In this document: piece by piece, positions 10,396-22,484 of the stretch | How the letters are laid out: every line of letters begins with the position of its first letter | How positions within the stretch are numbered: the first letter of the stretch is position 1 | Source of the DNA: Macrostomum hystrix | Lineage: Eukaryota > Animalia > Platyhelminthes | Assembly: GCA_950097015.1 (NCBI GenBank) | Contig: CATNEN010000025.1 | Span: forward strand, 4,278,001 to 4,342,000 | Length of the DNA: 64,000 nucleotides | Reading direction: 5' to 3' | Notes under the pieces: model-generated | Told to the model about the DNA's origin: nothing | What the model saw: only the letters and a program-made list of their open reading frames with translations | Database searches by the model: none | Position numbers and translations under genes: made by a program

Positions 10396-11443
10396 ATATA
10401 TTCTCTTAATTTCGCTTTCAAATAATCAAGCAAATAAAGTTTTCCATGGCCTACATCTTTTTTTAAAGTTTTTGTTGTTTAAAGTTGAAAGCATATCCAA
10501 ATCAAGTTCGGCTTTGTGTTTTCAACGAATTTGTCGTCCTATACAACTTCTGGGTAGTAAACTACTAGCGTACAAGTAGTCGTTAACATGGAATGTGCTG
10601 CAAATTTATGAATTTGTTCTAATATTTCTTTTTTATTGACACTCGTAAAATTAAAAAGTGCATGAAGAAGATACTGAATTTGCACATTTTTTACTATAGT
10701 ACTGAATGAGGCAGTGAAGTATGAAGTTGATAAATCTGACGCGTCATTTTTAGGGGTCTCAGTTTGACATTCATGGAACTGACACAGTAAGTGAAATCTT
10801 CTATGGAAATCTAACGCGTCATTCCTTACGCAGTACTAAACTTGAAGTTTTAATTTAGTAGAAAAATGACGCATCGTTCTTTAGCACGTTAAAGTATTTA
10901 GTACTTCGCACTGAAAGTTGAAGTACTGTACATACTCGTAGTACAGTATTCTATTCTTCCGCACCCACATGTAGTAACTTTCATTTAGTTTCAGTATTAG
11001 TATTAGGTAAGTAAATTAGTATTAGTATTACTATATTCATAGCATTATCGACGTTATCGTACATTTCTCCAAATTGGACATCAGATTAAACTGCTCGGTA
11101 GTGCACTGCATATTTTGATTTCTAGCTTCTGTAAGTGATAAATTTTTAAATACCGAATCGTGTACCGAAGTTACCCATCATCGTGTGTATATTTCCATTA
11201 ATATTTATTGTTCAACAGACAGGACTCTGTAGTTCAGAATCTATATACAACCAAGTTTCTGTGCATTGGTTTAAGAGTGAAATGCAAGTGCTGACAAACT
11301 CTGCTATAAAATGGTTAGGGTTAGGGTTACGGTTTGCGGAATTTAAATTTTTGTGTCGCTACCATAAGACTACACTAGCGTCATTTTAGCGTCATTTTTC
11401 AGTACTTTCTAAAAATTATCGCTACGTCAGAATTCCACTTCTG

Positions 11444-11458
11444 CGTCATTCACCTACC
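11444..11458 (-). repeat. Right terminal inverted arm CGTCATTCACCTACC of the YR element
   Basis: Reverse complement GGTAGGTGAATGACG versus left GGTAGGCGAATGACG. Confidence 0.85.
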
Positions 11459-11460
11459 CC

Positions 11461-12400
11461 ATTTGATGATGATTCCCCATTGATGAAGATCCCCAGTAGA
11501 CAATGTTCCCCCAGTTGACAATGATCCCCCAGTTGACAATGATCCCCCAGTTGATGATGATCACCCAGTTGACAATGATACCCCAGTTGACAATGATCCC
11601 CCAGTTGACAATGATCCCACAGTTGACAATGATCCCGCCGGTTGACAATGATACCACAGTTGACAATGAACCCCCAGTTGACAATGATCCCCTAGTTGAT
11701 GATGATCCCCCAGTTGACAATGATCCCCCAGTTGACAATGATCCCCAGTTGACAATGAACCCCCAGTTGACAACGATCCCCCAGTTGACAATGATCTCCC
11801 AGTTGACAATGATCCCCCAGTTGACAATTATCCCACAGTTGACAATGATCCCCCAGTTGACAAAGATCCCCCTGTTCACAATGATCCCCCAGTTGACAAA
11901 GATCCCCCAGTTCACAATGATCCCCGAGTTGACCATGATCCCCCATTTGATGATGATTCCCCATTGATGAAGATCCCCAGTAGACAATGTTCCCCCAGTT
12001 GACAATGATCCCCCAGTTGACAATGAACCCCCAGTTGACAATGAACCCCCAGTTGACAATGATCCCCCAGTTGACAATGATCCCCCATTTGACAATGATC
12101 CCCCAGTTGACAATGATCCCACAGTTGACAATGATCCCCCAGTTGACAATGATCCCCAAGTTGACCATGATCCCCCATTTGATGATGATTCCCCAGTTGA
12201 CAATTATCCCCCAGTTGACCATTACCCTCTAATTGACAATGATCCCCTAGTTCACAACGATCCCCCAGTTGACAATGATCCCCCAGTTGACAATTATCCC
12301 CCAGCTTACCAAGATCCTCCAGTTGACAATTTTCCCCAGTTTACCTTGATCCCCATTTTGATGATGACTCCCAATTGACGTTGATTTTTCAAACGCTGGG
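11461..12400. repeat. 18-bp satellite, right part of the split array, with a 484-bp higher-order period
   Basis: Same monomer as 709-1812; ATTTGATGATGATTCCCCATTG recurs at 11461 and 11945. Confidence 0.97.
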
Positions 12401-12409
12401 TTAGCCAAG

Positions 12410-13910
12410 ATTCAAACTCAGGTTTCGCTATGTTTTAAACCCTGGTGGGCTATGATTCAAACTCTCGTTTTACCATGATTCAAACTCTAATTTAGCCATG
12501 ATTCAAACTCTATGTAGCCATGATTCAAACTCTGGTTTAGCCATGATTCAGACGCTGTGATGATTTAAAGTCTGCTTTAGCCATGATTCAAACTCTGTTT
12601 TAGCCATGATTTAAACTCTGGTGTAGCCATGATTCAAACTCTGGTTTCGCCTTGATTCAAATTTAGCCATGATTCAGACTCTAGGTTAGCCATGATTCAA
12701 ACGTTGCGTTAGCCATGATTCAGACTCTGGTTTAGCCATGATTCAAACTCTGGTTTAGCCATGATTCAAACTCTGGTTTAGCCATGATTCAAACTCTGGT
12801 TTAGCCATGATTCAGACGCTGTGATGATTTAAAGTCTGCTTTAGCCATGATTCAAACTCTGGTTTAGCCATGATTCAAACTCTGGTTTAGCCATGATTCA
12901 GACGCTGTGATGATTTAAAGTCTGCTTTAGCCATGATTCAAACTCTGTTTTAGCCATGATTTAAACTCTGGTGTAGCCATGATTCAAACTCTAGTTTCGC
13001 CTTGATTCAAATTTAGCCATGATTCAAACGTTGGTTTAGCCATGATTCAGACTCTGGTTTAGCCATGATTCAAACTCTGGTTTAGCCATGATTCAAACTC
13101 TGGTTTAGCCATGATTCAGACGCTGTGATGATTTAAAGTCTGCTTTAGCCATGATTCAAACTCTGTTTTAGCCATGATTTAAACTCTGGTGTAGCCATGA
13201 TTCAAACTCTGGTTTCGCCTTGATTCAAATTTAGCCATGATTCAGACTCTAGGTTAGCCATGATTCAAACGTTGCTTTAGCCATGATTCAGACTCTGGTT
13301 TAGCCATGATTCAAACTCTGGTTTAGCCATGATTCAAACTCTGGTTTAGCCATGATTCAAACTCTGGTTTAGCCATGATTCAGACGCTGTGATGATTTAA
13401 AGTCTGCTTTAGCCATGATTCAAACTCTGTTTTAGCCATGATTTAAACTCTGGTGTAGCCATGATTCAAACTCTAGTTTCGCCTTGATTCAAATTTAGCC
13501 ATGATTCAAACGTTGGTTTAGCCATGATTCAGACTCTGGTTTAGCCATGATTCAAACTCTGGTTTAGCCATGATTCAAACTCTGGTTTAGCCATGATTCA
13601 GACGCTGTGATGATTTAAAGTGTGCTTTAGCCATGATTCAAACTCTGTTTTAGCCATGATTTAAACTCTGGTGTAGCCATGATTCAAACTCTAGTTTCGC
13701 CTTGATTCAAATTTAGCCATGATTCAGACTCTAGGTTAGCCATGATTCAAACGTTGGTTTAGCCATGATTCAAACTCTGGTTTAGCCATGATTCAAACTC
13801 TGGTTTAGCCATGATTCAGACGCTGTGATGATTTAAAGTCTGCTTTAGCCATGATTCAAACTCTGTTTTAGCCATGATTTAAACTCTGGTGTAGCCATGA
13901 TTCAAACTAT
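12410..13910. repeat. 23-bp minisatellite (TTAGCCATGATTCAAACTCTGGT)n with higher-order variants
   Basis: Directly visible, e.g. units at 12732 and 12755; recurring variant CAGACGCTGTGATGATTTAAAGTCTGCT. Confidence 0.95.
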
Positions 13911-14149
13911 GCCTACACATCGGCTATTTCGACTGTTGGTTAGTGGGTGCAAAAATCAGCCTTATAAAATGAATTCTCAAAGTTCTGGCTTTGTACAATG
14001 AAGTGAGAAAATAGAGTACACTCAGTCTCGCGGTTGGTTGTGTACATTTATTTCCAATTTGTCTCCAGAGTGCAGGCTTCTAACTCAGTCAGCGAGGGGG
14101 TGTTGCGCAATTTGACGATGCAATTCCAATTCAGCGGCAGTGAGTAAAA

Positions 14150-14690
14150 TTCTCAATAGGCCAAGATGGTTTGACCTTTGAAAAAATCATGTTTTTCGAA
14201 TATTTAATCCCTTTAGCAATAAAGTTAAGCTTAATAAAAATACGTGTATAATTGTCCCCATATTTGGCATCTTTTGGTGAAGAAATGGTGAAAATCGGTT
14301 GAGCCGTTCGGGAGAAAATCAATTACAAGCAAGCAAGCAACCAAGCCACCATTTCATTTTTAGTATAGTGGATGTTCAAAATTGACAGCATTGTTGGAAA
14401 ACATGTAAAGTGTAAGTGGATCAAATTTGGAGAAAATCTGACAAAGTGGGGCGACGATATGTCGAATTGAGTGATTTTTTGACGATTTTTGAGCAGTTTT
14501 TTGCACTTTTGAGCAGGAAGGAAATGATTTTTCGGGAATTTGAGTAGCCTATTGCACTCAGCGTAGGTGGTTTTAGGTATGTGCAAAGTTTGGTGCGATT
14601 TGGTTGAGCGGTTTCGGCGTCTATAAAGACAAAAGGTTGCACACACACAGACAGACAGAGTTTTCACTTTTATATATATAGATTCTCTGA
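14150..14690 (+). mobile_element. Possible two tandem non-autonomous Helitron-like (Lep1/HINE-style) 3' ends
   Basis: AAATCGGTTGAGCCGTT followed by (CAAG)n at 14290-14345, and TTTGGTTGAGCGGTTT followed by (CAGA)n and TTTTATATATATAGAT at 14600-14685. Resemblance recalled from insect non-autonomous rolling-circle elements; not verified. Confidence 0.35.
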
Positions 14691-14857
14691 TTATTAATTG
14701 TTCATCATTCTTACTGAAAAAAACTGCGTTTAAACTTAGTACAATGCATGCTCTCACTAGCCATTGTAGATTATTGATGGCAAAGAATATAAGACCTGGC
14801 TGATTCAAAATATTTTTAGGTAGTTGTTTTTTGTCCGGGTAACCGGACAAATAGCCA

Positions 14858-15237
14858 TTTGTTTATCCATCTGGTTAACCAGTTAACCACCCAAGGACTT
14901 AATTTCTCCCCTTTCAACGAGTAGGAGCAACAATCCTCCCAAAGACCACTCTTGCCCTGCTGAGAGCCATCTTGAGTCTTGACCTCACAAAGACCAAACT
15001 ATACCATTGAACTAAGTTAGTCCCTGAAACAACCGAATTTCTGGAAAAGGGTTTAATTTTTTTAATTAGCTGATAAGCGAAAATAATTTGAGACACTCAC
15101 TTCCAATCTGAATGACCGTCCTTTTGCAGCTTGTTAATTATTTTATCTTACAAATGATAGAGGTTCTTGTGGTAGCGCTACAACCCCTTATAACTTAGTT
15201 ATAAGTTATAACTCGGTTAACCAGATGAATAATCAAA
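14858..15237. mobile_element. Small MITE-like element with ~23-bp imperfect inverted ends
   Basis: TTTGTTTATCCATCTGGTTAACC (14858-14880) versus the reverse complement of 15215-15237 (2 mismatches). No clear TSD. Confidence 0.45.
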
Positions 15238-16399
15238 CCATAACCAGCCATATTTTTATTATAGCTACATACTTTAGAGCTAAATCTAAATCTTTTTACT
15301 ATTATATATAGTAAACTAAATACTATACTATATATTATTTTGACACATGCTTTGTTTAGATTAGAAAAGTAACTATTACATATACATACCCATAAGGACA
15401 GACAAAGGCAATCTTTAACTTAGCCATGTTTGATTACTTTTACAAATTTTACAGCTAACAATGACTGGCCAACCTCAGGCACACATCCTATCTTATTATT
15501 GCTCTACACCTCTTGCAATGCTTTTTTTCATAGCAAAGTAATGCCCAAAATGGGATATCAAACTTCAAAGTAATACTCCAATTTTATGGACTTTAACCCC
15601 ACCCAGCAGTCTGAAAAAGTGCAATTTAAATGTTGAGAAAACTGTTTTTAATGATTAGCTCTCTTGAATTGTAAATAGGCCTAAGCCAAAGTTGAATCAC
15701 ATTTATTAAGTTTTTATCAATGAATTGATAAGTATACAATGTCATTACTAATTGAAGGAAAATCCAGTCATAAACTAAGATAAACCTTTAAAATATTTGT
15801 TTTCCAATTGTTTTCAAATATTTATGATAAAGTTACTTTTATAATATTCTATAATGGATTTGCAACTTCCCTCCTACCACATGCATTTAGAAGCATTATC
15901 CATAGTGCCATCATTTGTTGGCCATTAAAAGTTTTTTGCTCATGATAATCAGTCGCAATACAACACACATAGGAACAAAATCTTTAGAAGTACATGTATT
16001 TACATACATATATTACATTTTACTTTAGAAGTACAATATATTATCGTCACCGGTCTTTTTGATTTTGGGTACACACCAAGAGCAGTTGGACCTAACATGT
16101 TTTTTCTTAGACATCAACGACTTGTCACGTTGTGCATGCTTTCTTTTGTGTCAATTCACCACTTTTTAATATACACTTTAAACAAAAATAGAATTCGTCA
16201 CAGCTTAATTCAGATCCAGTAGATTATTTACTACTGAAGGCAGTTTGTTTAAATCGCCTTTGCACACATCGAATTAGGATGTCCCATTTGATTGTTCATA
16301 AAGGTTCTTTTAATCGCAAGTAAGTGATGCCTTAACGGCAGACGACATGTCAACCTCCAAATCTAATCGTGATGAATGTGTGCCTTTTTACACGATTAA

Positions 16400-17186
16400 A
16401 AGGGTTACAGTCAGGTGGAATTAGAATGATCGGGGCCAAACTGTTTACGGGATCATTGTACGTGCAGATGGGACAGACGGGTAAGGGTGGACTGGTGCGA
16501 GAAAATGCTGAAAGAATTTGACGGTGGAGCATCAAGAAAGATTTTTGACATCGTTAGTGGTGATGGGACTTGGGATGTACCAGTACCAGTATATGTGCCA
16601 GTCGGAATTAAGAAGATGGTGGCCTCCTTCATCACCGTCTCTGGCCATCTGGTGTCGGTGCCCCTTGAGGACCATCGCTCAGTGCCTGCAGCATGGTACA
16701 CCAGCCACCGTCTTCCTCAAGTCTTCATCATCGCTTGGTGCCAGAGGTGACCAAACACAGCTAGAACCCGAGGCCTCCAGCTGACCAGGACAACGCCAGC
16801 TCTCACACCGCGCATTGCTGTGACTTCCGCGTTTCTGTAGCAAAATTAAGTGAAACTGTTCTCCCATCCACCCTACTCGCCTGACCTAGCCCCTGCGACT
16901 TTTTCTGTTTTCGACAGTCAAGCAGCAGATTCGAGGCCAGGGATTTGAATCTCCAGCCTAGCAAGCCTATATGCCATGCAATGAACACCCTGCCAAAGTT
17001 CGGCCTTCTCACAAGCTTTGAGCAGTGTTTTCGCCGAATGTAGAAGTGCAACGTTGCTGGAGGGACTTACTTCGAACAAGTTTAGAGTTTCATTTTGTTA
17101 TCCTGTTTTTAACTATTCCGATCTAGAAAAACGGAAGTGACCCTCGAGGGAGTGACCGAAAGGAGTGGCGAGGGAGTGACCTCGTA
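16400..17186 (+). pseudogene. Decayed Tc1/mariner (mariner-type) transposase relic with right end
   Basis: Frameshifted fragments RVDWCEKMLKEFDGG...DIVSGDGTW, QDNASSHT, HPPYSPDLAP and KC...G.YFE. Right end GTGACCCTCG/GTGACCTCGTA ending in TA. Left TIR not found. Confidence 0.8.
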
Positions 17187-17774
17187 TTGAGCACTTTTAA
17201 GGGCTTTTAGCCCTTATGCGACAGAACATAGTGGGACGTCGCTGAATCTCTGTCAAAAAAACAATGATGCCATGTCTCCGATGCGTATAGTGTGTTATCT
17301 TTTTAGCTGTTTACTGTTTAACCCTGTTTGCTGAGTATATATATCTCAGCTGGCATATTTTTAACAGTTTTTCAAAAATGTGAAAAAATTAACATCTATG
17401 CCATGAAACAAAAATAAATTTTAGCTATATGGTTGCCTGCTGGTAAACGAATTTCTCTCTGCAGGCCGCAAAATGTGTGTATTTTCGATCAAATCCATTT
17501 AAGGAAAATCTTTTAAATATACTCGTACATATCTTCCAGTACGCCAACTTAATTACTTATATACACAACACGAAAATAAGAATCTCTGGTCATGAATTTA
17601 CTCCAAGCGACTTCGAAAATGGTAAAACAGAAATTAAAAGTTTCAAAATGCAGCTTTGCTAGGCTATTTGATTTGGATGTGGACTAAAAATTGGCAGGAA
17701 GTAAAAACTACTCCTATCAGAGCAGAGTTTGAATATGTCTGGAGGTGGCAAATAGACAGTTTTGAAAAGCTGTT

Positions 17775-18530
17775 TCATTCGATCTTCTTCTGTGGCCCGA
17801 TCGAACCACTGCAGCTGGATTGGGACAGATTTGAGCTGACCTCCTTCAGCCCCCGCTGCTTCTGCTGCTTCAACAGCTTCAGATCGCTGTCGGTCTGTTT
17901 TGCGGGTTTCTGATTGTCATGATTTTCTTTCTGCTGGTCGCCGTTGTCCAGATATTTCCTAAGTCGACGCTCAATGAACGGCAGTCTGGAGCCGACATTA
18001 GCCAAGGAGTTGATCCAGCTGGGGAACTGCGCCTGCGGACAGAGCAGCTGGCCAAACGTGGCGCTGAAGTGATTGCAGTTGCGCCTCAGCAAGTCGTAGA
18101 ACGTCCCGGCGAACAGGCTCCGGCCCAGCCATTCGCTAATCAGCAGCACGTCTTCGCGCTTGTAGTCAGTGTAGCCAAGCTGCACGGACTTCTTGAAAGT
18201 CATCGCGCACTCCATAGATTTGACATCTTTTGGGCGCATTCTGAATACTCCGCAATCGCCGAATGCGATCTCAACTCCGTACACCTCCAGGCCGGTGTGG
18301 TAGGCAGCCAGGCGGAGTCGCTTGGTGACGCGGTTGGTCCAGTGCAGGTCGTACACGCTGATGAACACGGGCTCTCTGCAGCCGGGAGTTGGCGCGACTG
18401 GCTGACCGTCCGGTCGCATGAGCCGCTGTTGAGCGCTGGCCGTGCCGATGTGCAGGCGACCGCTGGGACTGCGGCACAGCTGGTGCTCCATCTTTATTTG
18501 CTCCATTGGATATGCGATATTTCGCTGCAT
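17775..18530 (-). CDS. DESI2: PPPDE-family peptidase (deSUMOylating isopeptidase 2-like), intronless
   Basis: VFISVYDL, YHTGLEVYG (catalytic His), Y-LL-RNCNHFS (catalytic Cys) and P-WIN-LA motifs. Confidence 0.85.
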   Translation of the reverse strand: MQRNIAYPMEQIKMEHQLCRSPSGRLHIGTASAQQRLMRPDGQPVAPTPGCREPVFISVYDLHWTNRVTKRLRLAAYHTGLEVYGVEIAFGDCGVFRMRPKDVKSMECAMTFKKSVQLGYTDYKREDVLLISEWLGRSLFAGTFYDLLRRNCNHFSATFGQLLCPQAQFPSWINSLANVGSRLPFIERRLRKYLDNGDQQKENHDNQKPAKQTDSDLKLLKQQKQRGLKEVSSNLSQSSCSGSIGPQKKIE

Positions 18531-21097
18531 ATTGTGTGCTATATTAAGGCAGTGCGATAATGCAACAGTGCCAGCGCCTGCGCAGGATATTCATCGGTAC
18601 AATAGCCCATTAACTACATGCTAGTTGTATAACAATAACAAGCAACCTAACCTTGGAATTAACTTGTACAGTAGCTGCGGCTGTTGGCGATGTACACATA
18701 TGGATGTACATGTCGGCTATGTAAATGTACATGCAGGCAAGTTATAAAATGTGCATGCTTAGCTTTATATTTTTAACCAACCCAATCTGCAAACAGCTTA
18801 ATCCATCTAGCTGAACTCAATCTTACACTGACAATTTAAATGACTATTTTCTGGTGTACATGTGTAAGGAATAGAGAAAGTTAAATAGCATGTTTAGGAA
18901 TTGTTTGATTGCATTGAGATAGAGCCTTTAAACTGCAAGCAAATTTTAGGCTGCCCTAACATATATTGATTTGAGAAAATCAAATAACGTGTATTTTATG
19001 TAGGTAAATTACACGTGCTGTGCAAAACTTCAGAATTTGTTGCACTTGCTGCTGTCAGTAGCCGTTGAGCGAAGAAAATACTGCAAAAAGTTTTCGACGA
19101 CGGAGCTTAAGTATGCAAATTCAGGATTAATTAAGAATTCAGCCAACGATAATCGATACTTAATTCAGCACGCGTGTCTGCTCATTGATCCCATCAGTAG
19201 TCGATCTGCCTGGCTTCTCTAGCCGGGATTATAATCCCCCCGGAGAGAAAGAGGGCACCGATAATACATGATCCGGTATCATATACTAGGGCCCTATTAA
19301 AAGTACGTGCGCTTTAGTGAAGCTTTGCTAAGCCCTATATCTATTGGGAAGGGCTTCTTATGCCTGAGTTCCCAGAGTAGGTACAATTTTGCAAGCACCT
19401 CTCTGCATAAATTGATACTTAATCGCATCCTTTAGTACATAAGCTGTGCATTGTGAACTGCAACTGACTTTCGGCTGCGGGATCATGTGAATCAACGATG
19501 CAGTGGATATGATAATCAGGGAATCAGGAATTCAGTGAAAAAGGACAATTGGAAATCAAGAAACAAGTGACTTACAGGATGACACTTACTATAAAATAAA
19601 AAAACTTGTTTTAATATAAAAACTATAATATCTACTCTAAAAATGACTGAAACAAAAAAACCGCAATCACAATCAGTTTTGTTTTCAATAGAAAATAACC
19701 TAATAATCAATCTCTAGACGAATAATTGTTATCATAGGATATATTCTCCAGCACAGTATTATTTCGTAAGTAATTTATTGTTCTATTGTAGGCAGAATGA
19801 AAATAACGAAATATAACTAATATTATTTCGTACCAAAGTGACACCAGATGAAAACTCGAAAGAAAAGTATTTCAATAACAATTTCTTAAATTAATATTTT
19901 GGCAGCTAAAATATAACGACTAACACTAGAGCTACAACAGAAGTGGCTATTATGATAGGATGCCTGTCCAATGTCAGTTAGCTAAAAATTATAAGGCTTA
20001 TAGAAATTGATGATCTGTCAGTTATCTAGGTAAAGAAAAGTACAACACAGATAGGTGGAGATCAGCTCTTGCTAGGTTAAAGTTCGGAAGAAGCAATGAG
20101 TGATCCAATCCACAATGAATTGTCAATCAGATCAGTTAGAAATAGAGTATAGAATAGGGAATATAAAATTGCCTTAGCCTGGTCATTTAGGCGCTTCTAA
20201 CGAGCAGAAACTCGGAAACTAAAAATAGGTATTACAAAGTCAAGATAGAATTTATTTAACGCGAAAGATAGAACGAAAATTCCTACGAATTGTCTCACCT
20301 AAAGTAAATGTCAACAAATTGTTGATACATTTTTGAAAAGCAAGAAAAATATCTATTAAATAGCAAACGAAAGTAGCAACGAAGATAAAAAATTCGGATG
20401 TAAAAATAGAGGTGATTAAAAACAGCAACTTACGTATTTTTTTTAGAATCTTCTAAGTAGTTTCTTTAGGGCTCTTTCATTGCTTTTTGTTGACCACGCT
20501 TAGAAAAAATGTGACTACGTAACAGAAAGCAACAAAAATGTTGCTAGCACTAAGTAGATATTCGCTTGAATCGAAATTGGTCGGCCATTAAAACAATTCT
20601 AGAGCACAAACATTAAATAATAATCTAGATGACAGACACAGACCTGTTTTAGAAAATTCCTGAGGGAATTCTTAACTGCGATTAAATTATCTGTTTAGTT
20701 TACTTCAGAAGATAACACACCATATATGTGGTCTAAAAAACTTTTTTAATCTATTAGACGAACCGCACATTATGTTTCTTTATCTGCATTTGACTACTTA
20801 ATTAGTTCAGTTCACCTTAAGTTAATGAGCTAGTTATCAAATTATCTAGTTAGAATAAAATTAGATAAGATCAATAAGTCTGGCCCATGGCGGCGGGTGG
20901 TGGTGGCACAAAGGCCTCACAAAGGAAGGCGCGCTTATCTTCTAATCTTGATTAGTTATCTGAACTAACTTAGCAGGCGAGAGGCGATAATTGAAATCAG
21001 AATGACAACCTCTGTCAAATAAATAAACAAATAATAAGCGATTACTTTTTTGCACCTGTTTATCTGATGGGGGAAGTAGAATAATGATATGCATGCC

Positions 21098-22451
21098 TCA
21101 GGCCTGATAGGTGGACGAGGCCACCTGACCGCCGCGACCAGTCCAGTTGGTGTGGACAAACTTGCCCGGCTGGTCCACCAGCTCGTACTGATGGGCGCCG
21201 AAGTAGTCCCGCTGGGCCTGCAACAGGCTGGCTGGCAATCTGCCGCATCTGAAGCCGTCGTAGAAGCTCAGGGCGGCCGAGAAGGCCGGGCAGGGCACTC
21301 CGGCAGTGACAGCGGCGGCTAGACAGCGACGCCAACCGTCGTTAGCCTGACGCATGACGCCAGAGAAGAACGGATCCAACAGCAGGCTGTCCAGCTGCGG
21401 ATTGCGCTCGAAGGCAGCCTTGATGCGGCCGAGGAACTGGCTGCGGATGATGCAGCCGCCGCGCCACATCAGGGCGATGCCGCCCAAGTTGAGCTTCCAG
21501 CCAGTCTCGGCCGATTGAGTTTGCATCAGCATGTAGCCCTGGGCGTAGCTGACTATTTTCGAGGCGTACAGGGCCTGGTGGACGTCTTCGATGAAGGCGG
21601 CGAGATTAGCCGGCCTGGCGGGCGGCTGCGACGGTCCGGGCAGGGCAGCGGAGGCGCGCACCCGCTCGGCCTTGTAGCGGCTCAGATGACGGGCGAAGAC
21701 GGCTTCGGCAATGAGCGTCAACGGGGTGCCGGCGTGCAGGCTGGTCACCACTGTCCACTTGCCTGTGGGCGTCAGTGGTATTTCTAGTAGTAGTACCCGA
21801 GTATAAAATACTCCTAACATCCTAACCCTTAGTGGCAGAGCTGTCTAACGCGTTTGCCTATCGCACCAAGCTCCGTGAGCTCGAATCCGCTGCGAAGCCA
21901 CATTCATTGGGGACGCAGCCGCGGAGAGGGCTTGGGGGCTAGTCACAATAAAAGTGTAACACGGCCTGACGATGAGAAAGTCAGGGTAGATATACGAGTA
22001 CATACATTTGTGTGTGCCTGAGTACGATATGTGTGCGTGTGCGCTCAGGAGTCAGTGGAATTGACAGATTGGATTAGAAGACGAAGGTATTACCATAATT
22101 GTTTGTAGTAACGGAATTAGTCATTAGTAATACTTGTAGCAGTTGCAGTTCCAATAACACCTACTTAGACGAAGCAGCAGAAACTCTAACAGACCAATTC
22201 AAGAAGGAATTGTTATAAAGACCCACAATACCACTAGTGGCTACTAACCAGTGCCCTTCTGTCCGGCCACGTCCAGAATCTTGTCCACAGTGTGCTGCCC
22301 GTCTTCGTCGCGGTGGCGCAGAATATCAGCAGTTATTTCGATTAGAAACGAGTTCAGATCGCCGTCGTTCCAGCGGCTGAAAACGTCGGCCATTTCGTCG
22401 TTGCTAAGGCCGCAGACCTCCTTTAAAAGGTGGTAGGCCTCGCAGATTAGC

Positions 22452-22484
<33 letters not shown>

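Larger units (their letters stand above)
1813..11460 (+). mobile_element. ~9.65-kb tyrosine-recombinase (Crypton-like) DNA element with zinc fingers and PWWP domain
   Basis: Joining 1812 to 11461 regenerates the satellite junction GACCATGATCCCCCATTTGATG seen intact at 11931-11952. CCCC direct repeat at 1809-1812 and 11457-11460. Inverted arms at 1817-1831 and 11444-11458. Internal YR ORF. Confidence 0.85.

Noticed and set aside
11312-11331. Telomere-like GGTTAGGGTTAGGGTT inside the YR element
   Set aside because: Only about two units; too short to distinguish from chance.
1371-11944. Identical ~440-bp blocks either side of the YR element read as LTRs or a giant TSD
   Set aside because: They are adjacent higher-order units of the host satellite (484-bp period). 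Their boundaries do not coincide with the element ends, and left plus right flanks rebuild the intact array.
21828-21900. tRNA gene
   Set aside because: A and B boxes are present but there is no convincing cloverleaf, and it continues into a body shared with other copies; better explained as a SINE head.
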